Shown piece by piece: positions 54,384 to 64,000 of a stretch of DNA of 64,000 nt. Origin of the DNA: the human T2T-CHM13v2.0 reference genome, Homo sapiens. The DNA lies in the NCBI RefSeq assembly GCF_009914755.1, contig NC_060925.1. One strand, 5' to 3'. A program made the translations under genes and the position numbers. The notes under the pieces are model-generated. The model saw only the letters and a program-made list of their open reading frames with translations. It was not told the DNA's origin and did no database searches. Each line of letters begins with the position of its first letter. Position 1 is the stretch's first letter.

Positions 54384-56812
54384 TGATATGGTTTGGCTGT
54401 GTCCCCACCCAAATCTCAACTTGAATTGTATCTCCCAGAATTCCCACATGTTGTGGGAGGGACCTAGAGGGAGGTAATCGAATCATGGGGGCTGGTCTTT
54501 CCCATGCTAGTCCCATGCTATTCTCATGATAGCACTCCATTTTAAAAGGGGAATAGAGAATAAAAGTTCAGAAAATTTGCAGCCTGATGAGGCAGTAGAA
54601 AGGAAAACTCCATTTTTTGAGGAGGAATTCCAGCCAGCTGCAGAAATTTGCGTAAGTGACAAGGAGCCTAATGTTAAGTCTCATGAGATCTGATGGGTTT
54701 ATCCAGGGTTTCTGCTTTTGCTTCTTCCTCATTTTCTCTTGCTGCCGCCATATAAGAAGTGCCTTTTGTCTCCTGCCATGATTCTGAGGCTTCCCGAGCC
54801 ATGTGGAAGTGTAAGTCCACTTAAACCTCTTTTTCCTTCCCAGTCTTGGGTATGTCTTTATCAGCAGCATGAAAATAGACTAATACAGTCAATTGGTACC
54901 AGTAGAGTAGGGCAGTGCTGAAAAAGTAGCTGAAAATGTGGAAGCAACTTTGGAATTGGGTAAAAGGCAGAGACTGGAACCGTTTGGAGGGCTCAGAAGA
55001 AGACAGGAAAATGTGGGAAAGTTTGGAACCTCCTAGAGACTTGTTGAATGGTTTTGACAAAAATACTGATAGTGATATGAACAATAAGGTCCAAGCTGAG
55101 ATGGTCTCAGATGGAGATGAGGAACTTGTTGGGAACTGGAGTAAAGGTGACTCGTGTTATGTTTTCACAAAGAGACTGGCAACATTTTGTTCCTGTGCTA
55201 GAGACTTGTGGAACTTTGAAGTTGAGAGAGATGATTTAGAATATGTGGCAGAAGAAATTCTTAAGTAGCAAAGCATTCAAAAGTTGACTTGGGTGCTGTT
55301 AAAAGCATTCCATTTTAAAAGGGGAACAGAGAATAAAAGTTCAGAAAATTTGCAGCCTGATGATGCAGTAGAAAGGAAAAACCCATTTTTTGAGGAGAAA
55401 TTCAAGCTGGCTGCAGAAATTTGCATAAGTAACAAGAAGCCTAATGTTAATCCCCAAGACCACCGGGAAAATGTCTCCAGGCCATGTCAGAGACCTTCAT
55501 TGCAGCCTCTCCCATCACAGGCCTGGAAGCCCAGGAGCAAAATATGGTTTCATGGGCCAGGCCCAGGATCCCCGTGCTTTTTGCAGCCTAGGGACTTGGT
55601 GCCCTGTGTTCCAGCCACTCCAGCCATAGCGGAAAGGGGCCAACATAGAGCTTGGGCTGTGGCTTCAGAGGGTGGAAGCCTCAAGGCTTGGCAGCTTCCA
55701 CATGGTGTTGAGCCTGCAGGTGCACAGAAGTCAAGAATTGAGGTTTAGGAACTCCGCCTAGATTTCAGAAGATGTATGGAAATGCCTGGATTCCTAGGCA
55801 AAAGTTTGCTGCAGGGGCAGGGTACTCATGGAGAACCTCTGCTAGGGCAGTACAGAAGGGAAAAGTGGGGTTGAAGCCCCCACACTGAGTCTCCACTGGG
55901 GTACTGCCTAGTGGAGCTATGAGAAGAGGCCCACCATCTTCCAGACCCCAGAATGGTAAATCCACTGACACCTTGCACCATGTGCATGGAAGAGACACTC
56001 AACGTCAACCTGTGAAAGCACCCAGGAGGGAGGCTGTACCCTGCAAAGCCATAGGGGTGGAGCTGCCCAAGACCATAGAAACCCACCTCTTGCATCAGCA
56101 TGACCTGGATATGAGACCTGGAGTCAAAGGAGATCATTCTGGAGCTTTAAAATGTGACTTCCCCACTGGATTTTGGACTTGCATGGGCCCTACAACCCCT
56201 TTGTTTTGGTCAATTTCCCCTATTTGGAATGGCTGTATTTACCCAACACCTGTACCCCCATTGTATCTAGGAAGTAACTAGCTTACTTTTGATTTTACAG
56301 GCTCATCAGTGGAAGTGACTTACCCTGTCTCAGATGAGGCTTTGTACTGTGGACTTTCGAGGTAATGTTGAAATGTGTTAAGACTTTGGGGGACTGTTGG
56401 GAAGGCATGACTGGTTTTGAAATGTGAGGATATGAGATTTGGAGGGGCCAGGGGCAGAATGATGTGATTTGGTTGTGTCCCCACTCAAATCTCAACTTGA
56501 ACTGTATCTCCCAGAATTCCCAGGTCTTGTGGTAGGTACCCAGGGAGAGATAATTGAATCATGGGGGCCGGTCTTTCCCATGCTATACTTGTGATAGTGA
56601 ATAAGTTTTACAAAATCTGATGAGTTTATCAGGGATTTCCACTTTTGCTTCTTCCTCATTTTCTCTTGCTGCTGCCATGTAAGAAGTGCCTTTGTCTCCC
56701 ACCATGATTCTGAGACCTCCCCAGCCATGTGGAAGTGTAAGTCCAATTAAACCTCTTTTTCTTCCCAGTCTCTGGTATGTCTTTATCAGCAGTGTAGAAA
56801 CGGACTAATACA
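54384..56812 (+). mobile_element. Full-length THE1A (ERVL-MaLR): 5' LTR 54384-54887, internal 54888-56459, 3' LTR 56460-56812
   Basis: Both LTRs run TGAT(A/G)TG...ACTAATACA with THE1A-like ATCTCAACTTGAA(T/C)TGTATCTCCCAGAATTCCC. THE1-int lies between, with polypurine tract GGAGGGGCCAGGGGCAGAA before the 3' LTR. Confidence 0.93.
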
Positions 56813-56878
56813 ATAGGCTCTCACAACAAAGAATTATTCAGGTCAAAATGTCAACAGTGTCAAGCTGAGGAACACTGC
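56813..56878. mobile_element. MER20, second part
   Basis: CACAACAAAGAATTATTCAGGTCAAAATGTCAACAGTG...GAGGAACACTG completes the MER20 consensus. Confidence 0.85.
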
Positions 56879-58548
56879 TATAGACCCTAAACTTGGACTG
56901 AGATAAGGGTATGGTATCTTGGGCTAGATGATATGTTTGGATCTGATCTCTACCACTATCTGGAAACTGTGGGCAAATTACTTACTTCTGACCTCCAGTG
57001 TTTTCCACCACAAAAGGGTTAATAATACCACACTGGGGAGGTTGTAGCATTAAATTAGATCCTTTCTGTGTGAAAGGCCAAGGGTTAATTCTCTTCCTGT
57101 TCTCCCATGCCCTTCTCCTCAGTGACCTCAACTTTTTGGTGAAGTTGACTTATTTCTCAGAGTGACTGTGAAGGATCGGCTAAAAGCCATCCAGATTTGG
57201 GAGCCACAGAAGCATGCTAAATGCCGACAATCCAGACCAACAGGGTTGAAGAGTTCTAGAGCTGGTTTCAGCCATTTGAATACCTGAGTTATCTAAGTTA
57301 GGGTGTGAGTGTTTGTGGAAAGGATAAATTTCAATTTGTCTACAGGAGGAATCTGAAATCTCACTCACCTCTGCAGCCCTTCCTTTTCTTTGAAACTTTC
57401 CTGTTCCACTACTTGGAAATCTTTCCTTCCTCCAGCCTCCTCTCCTTTCTTTTTTTCCTTCTTTACTCCTTCCTTCCAATGAACAAACTTCAGACACAGA
57501 AGGAAAACACTCCCAGCCATCACTGGGAGACAGACATGTAAACTGTCAGTTACAATCAGGTGTCCCAGGTACAGAGAGGGCACCAGGATGAAGGTGGATG
57601 ATGCTATCTGAGAATGGAAGGAGTGTTTGAGAAAAGGTTCTTGGGGGAGGTTGCTAGAGCTGCAAGTCCGCCTCCTCCCACCCATTTCTAACCAGGTCAG
57701 ATGCTTCTGCTACTGGTTTTTCAGTAAACTGTAAGCATCATGTGGTCAGGGACTTCTATTTTGTTCCCCAATATAGCCTCAGAGCCTAGAACAGTGCCTG
57801 CCACATAGTGGGTACTCAATAAATATTTGTGGAATCAATCAACATTATTTTGAAAAGTCACTAGGGATTCACAGAGCAGACCTAGAAGGGAAAGGAAGGG
57901 CATTCCAAGCACAGAGAACAGAATGAAAAAAGGCAGAGGAATGATGAGAATTATGAAGGATACAACAGGAAATGACATGGGGTGTGGTCAGCTGGGGAGA
58001 TGGGACCACATGTGAACTGGTGGGGGGGGGCCTTGTGTGTGCATGGCAAGGCATTTGAAGTTATCTCTGGATTAGATAATTTGTTTGCAGGGAAAGTTTC
58101 GATTGAGAATGAAAATGTCTAAAGAGAGCATGACAGCATTCATTCAGCAATATTTATTGAGTACCAACTAAGCACTAGGCACTGTGCTGGCCTCTAGTTC
58201 TTGAGAGGGTTATTGCATTAGTCCAGAAGAGAGATAGAAGGGGCCAGAAACAATGAGGATGCAACCCAGCAGATAGACTTACCCATTACTGCGCACTTGC
58301 TCGCTACCTAAACTGGAAGTCAGGTGGGAGGGGGGCTTTCAGGGGAAAGGACATGACAAAGAGGACTCTGAGGTTTTAAACTATGGTAACTGACAGGGTG
58401 CTGGAGTCAACAATGAAAATAGAAACTACAAAAAGAAGTTTGAGTAGGAAGGGACTGTACAATCTTGAGCCAAGTCCTTCTGTGAGCCTCAGTTATTATT
58501 TTTAATATTAACATTAAATCATGATTACATGCCAGGCATGTATGAGGG

Positions 58549-59055
58549 CAGGGATTCCCAATCCTGGTCGGTGGCCTGTTGGAAACCAGGCCACACAGCA
58601 GGAGGTAGGTGGTGGGCCAGTAAGTATTTACAGCCGTATTTACATCTGTATTTACAGATGATCCCCGTTGCTTGCCTGAGCTCCGCCTCCTGTCAGATCA
58701 GTGGCGGCATTAGATTCTCATAACAGAGTGAACCTTATTATGAACTGCATGCAAGGGACCAAGGTCGTGTGCTCCTTATGAGAACCCAATGCCTGATGAT
58801 CTGGCACTGTCTCCCATCACCCCCAGATGGGACTGTCTAGTTGCAGGAAAACAAGCTCAGGGATCCCACTGATTCTACATTATGGTGAGTTGTATATTAT
58901 TTCATTATATATTACAGTGTAATAATAATAGAAATAAGGTATATAGTAAATGTAATGAACTGAATTCATCCTGAAACCATTCCCCTACCCCAATCCATGG
59001 AAAAATTGTCTTCAACAAAATTGGTCCCTGGTTCCAAAAAGGTTGGGGACCTCTG
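58549..59055. mobile_element. MER1A (hAT-Charlie)
   Basis: CAGGGATTCCCAA...AAAAGGTTGGGGACCTCTG terminal repeats; 8-bp TSD TAT(G/T)AGGG. Confidence 0.92.
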
Positions 59056-60561
59056 TATTAGGGGCTTTACATACCCCATTTCATGTAATCTTTATAACAG
59101 CCTTGTAAAGGAGATATTATCTCCCTCAACTTACCAATGCCTCAACTAAGGCACAAAAGTTTAAAGAATCCAAAATTATGGAGCTCATGAGGGGGTGAGG
59201 GAAGGGGCAGTGTTATTGATGCTAGGTCTATTGACTCCACACCCCTTCCTTTCTCCCTATACCCAGCTCAAAGAGGGCGGCTTCCGGCACTGGCCTCTGG
59301 CTACCAGCTTTAATTCTGAGCTGTCCATACTGTTTCTTGACCACCCTCCAGGCTCTCTAGGTCTGGTCTGGGGCAATGGCATAGGGACACTTTACTGCTG
59401 AAAACCTGCATTGTTCTCAGGGAAGATATTCCCCACAAACCATTCACTCAGTTGAGCCTTGAATGGAGGTCAAAGCCAACTCTTGCACTTCAGTCAGGAG
59501 ACTCCTTCTTATAAGTGTGAAGCCTTAACCCAGATGTGGCTGTGCTGGTCTCTAAAGCGGGGGTGATTAATAGTACATCTCAAGTTTGTTAGGAGGATTA
59601 AATATGTATTGCATGTAGAACATCTGCATTGTGCCTGGTACATAGTAAGCACTTAATACATGTATGAGGCAGTGGAGTGGGATGTCAAGCACACAGGGTC
59701 TCTGGAGGCAGTTTGCTTGTCTTCAAACCCCAGCTCAATCACAAGTTCCATCTCCCAGCTTACTATCTATGAAATTTAGGCAGATCTTAACTTCTTGGTG
59801 CCTTTGTTTCCTCATGTGTAAAACTTGTATAATAACATAATCTACTACATAGGGTAGTTGTAGAGACTAAATAAGTAGAGACTAATGACATACAAAGCAC
59901 TTAGAATACTGCCTCTTACCCCCTCCTTACTTTTGAGGTTTGGATCCTGATCAAGCAGGAATCTGCCTAGGACTTCTGCCCCATGCTGTTCTCAGAAATC
60001 AGTACCTCCATGAAAAGGAGTTGCCAAGAGCAGGTTTGGATAGAGGAGGTGACTAGCCTGAGAGGAGGCATTGATTCATTTTTTTCTTCCAGCATTTTAC
60101 TGGGTGTTTGATTTGCACCATGTTAAATGCTTAGGTGCTAGGGATGCCACAATGATTAAAAGATCAACACCCTCCAAAGAGCTCAAGGCGGAAAAACGGG
60201 GAAGACAGGAGGGAGAGAGCAGTTGCAATGCTGCAGTGCATGCGAGGAAAACATGTTACGGCCTCACAGAACACAGAGGAGGGAAAGTTTAATCCTGCCC
60301 GGAGGATAGAGTGACCTTTGACCTCAGCCTGAAGGCCTGGTGTATTAGCATGGCAGGTGGGAGAAAGGGGCAGGAGTGTTGGTTAGGAGAACAGCATTTG
60401 CAGTGATAATGAGAGTTAGCATACTCGCTAGCATGTTATTTGCATTCGCTAATAGGAAGTGGTGGGTTTTAGTATCACGACGATGGATGATGACGATAAT
60501 AAAGATAATGCTATCCTTGAGAATGACTCCAGGACATGGAGGTGAGGAAAGCAGGAAAGAT

Positions 60562-61023
60562 CTAAAATTGGAAGGAGGAGCCAAGATGGCCGAATAGGAA
60601 CAGCTCCGGTCTACAGCTCCCAGCGTGAGCGACGCAGAAGACAGGTGATTTCTGCATTTCCATCTGAGGTACCGGGTTCATCTCACTAGGGAGTGCCAGA
60701 CAGTGGGCGCAGGACAGTGGGTGCAGCGCATCATGTGCGAGCCGAAGCAGGGTGAGGCATTGCCTCACTTGGGAAGCACAAGGGGTCAGGGAGTTCCCTT
60801 TCGTGGTCAAGGAAAGGGGTGACAGACGGCACCTGGAAAATGGGGTCACTCCCACCCGAATGCTGCGCTTTTCCGATGGGCTTACGAAACGACGCACCAG
60901 TAGATTATATCCCGCACCTGGCTTGGAGGGTCCTATGCCCATGGAGTCTAGCTGATTGCTAGCACAGCAGTCTGAGATCAAACTGCAAGGCAGCAGCAAG
61001 GCTGGGGGAGGGGCGCCCACCAT
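60562..61023 (-). CDS. L1 antisense ORF0-like reading frame (153 aa, read-through form); expression unproven
   Basis: MVGAPPPALLLPCSLISDCCASNQ... matches the ORF0 N-terminus MAGAPPPASLPPCSLISDCCASNQ; the frame stays open through the L1 5' end. Confidence 0.5.
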   Translation of the reverse strand: MVGAPPPALLLPCSLISDCCASNQLDSMGIGPSKPGAGYNLLVRRFVSPSEKRSIRVGVTPFSRCRLSPLSLTTKGNSLTPCASQVRQCLTLLRLAHDALHPLSCAHCLALPSEMNPVPQMEMQKSPVFCVAHAGSCRPELFLFGHLGSSFQF

Positions 61024-61605
61024 TGCCCAGGCTCACTTAGGTAAACAAAGCAGCTGAGAAGCTCGAACTGGGTGGAGCCCACCACAGCTCAAGGAGGCCT
61101 CCTGCCTCTGTAGGCTCCACCTCTGGGGGCAGGGCACAGACAAACAAAAAGACAGCAGTAACCTCTGCAGACTTAAATGTCCCTGTCTGACAGCTTTGAG
61201 GAGAGAAGTGGTTCTCCCAGCACGCAGCTGGAGATCTGAGAACGGGCAGACTGCCTCCTCAAGTGGGTCCCTGACCCCTGAACCCCAAGCAGCCTAACTG
61301 GGAGGCAGCCCCCAGTAGGGGCAGACTGACACCTCACACGGCCCGGTACTCCTCTGAGACAAAACTTCCAGAGGAACGATCAGACAGCAGCATTCACGGA
61401 ACACGAAAATCAGCGGTTCTGCAGACACCGCTGCTGATATCCAGGCAAACAGGGTCTGGAGTGGACCTCTAGCAAACTCCAACAGACCTGCAGCTGAGGG
61501 TCCTGTCTGTTAGAAGGAAAACTAACAAACAGAAAGGACATCCACACCAAAAACCCATCTGTACATCACCATCATCAAAGACCAAAAGTAGATAAAACCA
61601 CAAAG
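60570..61605. promoter_or_regulatory. L1 5' UTR sense and antisense promoter
   Basis: YY1 site CAAGATGGCCG at 60582-60592 is intact; CpG-rich; retains the ~128-bp segment lost in younger L1s. Confidence 0.85.
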
Positions 61606-62620
61606 ATGGGGAAAAAACAGAGCAGAAAAACTGGAAACTCTAAAAAGCAGAACACCTCTCCTCCTCCAAAGGAACGGAGTTCCTCACCAGCAACGGAACA
61701 AAGCTGGATGGGGAATGACTTTGATGAGTTGAGAGAAGAAGGCTTCAGATGATCAAACTACTCCAAGCTACAGGAGGAAATTCAAACCAAAGGCAAAGAA
61801 GTTGAAAACTCTGAAAAAAATTTAGAAGAATGTATAACTAGAATAACCAATACAGAGAAGTGCTTAAAGGAGCTGATGGAGCTGAAAGCCAAGGCTCGAG
61901 AACTACGTGAAGAATGCAGAAGCCTCAGGAACCGATGCGATCAACTGGAAGAAAGTATCAGTGATGGAAGATGAAATGAATGAAATGAAGCAAGAAGGGA
62001 AGTTTAGAGAAAAAAAAATAAAAAGAAATGAACAAAGTCTCCAAGAAATATGGGACTATGTGAAAAGACCAAATCTACGTCTGATTGGTGTACCTGAAAG
62101 TGACAGGGAGAATGGAACCAAGTTGGAAAACACTCTGCAGGATATTATCCAGGAGAACTTCCCCAATCTAGCAAGGCAGGCCAACATTCAAATTCAGGAA
62201 ATACAGAGAATGCCACAAAGATACTCCTCGAGAAGAGCAACTCCAAGACACATAATTGTCAGATTCACCAAAGTTGAAATGAAGGAAAAAATGTTAAGGG
62301 CAGCCAGAGAGAAAGGTCGCGTTACCCACAAAGGGAAGCCCATTAGACTAACAGTGGCTCTCTCGGCAGAAACTCTACAAGTCAGAAGAGAGTGGGGGCC
62401 AATATTCAACATTCTTAAAGAAAAGAATTTTCAATCCAGAATTTCATATCCAGCCAAACTAAGCTTCATAAGTGAAGGAGAAATAAAATAATTTACAGAC
62501 AAGCAAATGCTGAGAGATTTTGTCACCACCAGGCCTACCCTAAAAGAGCTCCTGAAGGAAGCACTAAACATGGAAAGGAACAACAGGTACCAGCCACTGC
62601 AAAATCATGCCAAAATGTAA
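61606..62620 (+). pseudogene. L1 ORF1p, disabled
   Basis: ATGGGGAAAAAACAG start; TGA at codon 49 (61750-61752), frameshift near 61955, TAA at 62489-62491; RRM/CTD motifs (EIWDYVKRPNL, YPAKLS) are recognisable. Confidence 0.93.
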
Positions 62621-62683
62621 AGACCATCGAGACTAGGAAGAAACTGTATCAACTAACGAGCAAAATAACCAGCTAACATCATA

Positions 62684-64000
<1,317 letters not shown>

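Noticed and set aside
54936-56281. ORFs of 110-154 aa in the THE1A interior
   Set aside because: Broken remnants of the MaLR internal ORF, interrupted by stops and frameshifts.

Overview
Primate (human-like, hominoid) nuclear DNA that is repeat-dominated and apparently intergenic, intronic or lncRNA-associated. I find no credible protein-coding exon, RNA gene or CRISPR array, and I cannot name the locus without a search. It holds a CpG island with promoter motifs (~6.06-6.73 kb), 13 Alu/FLAM copies, many MIR/L2 relics, old L1M pieces and DNA transposon relics (Tigger2a, Tigger3a, MER1A, MER2B, MER5A, MER20, MER91). It also holds MLT2 and THE1 LTRs, a complete THE1A provirus, a (TATC)n STR and the 5' 3.4 kb of a dead L1PA3-like LINE-1 with an extended antisense ORF0. 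Repeat subfamily calls come from remembered consensus sequences, not from RepeatMasker. The most unusual signal is a set of fossil templated-insertion scars whose donors lie inside the window: inverted copies from 1.3 and 1.9 kb away, a snap-back hairpin, and a 147-bp internal segment inside a THE1A LTR. There is also an 86-bp dispersed duplication and a probable ancient L1 3' transduction. I see no evidence for a genuinely new gene system.
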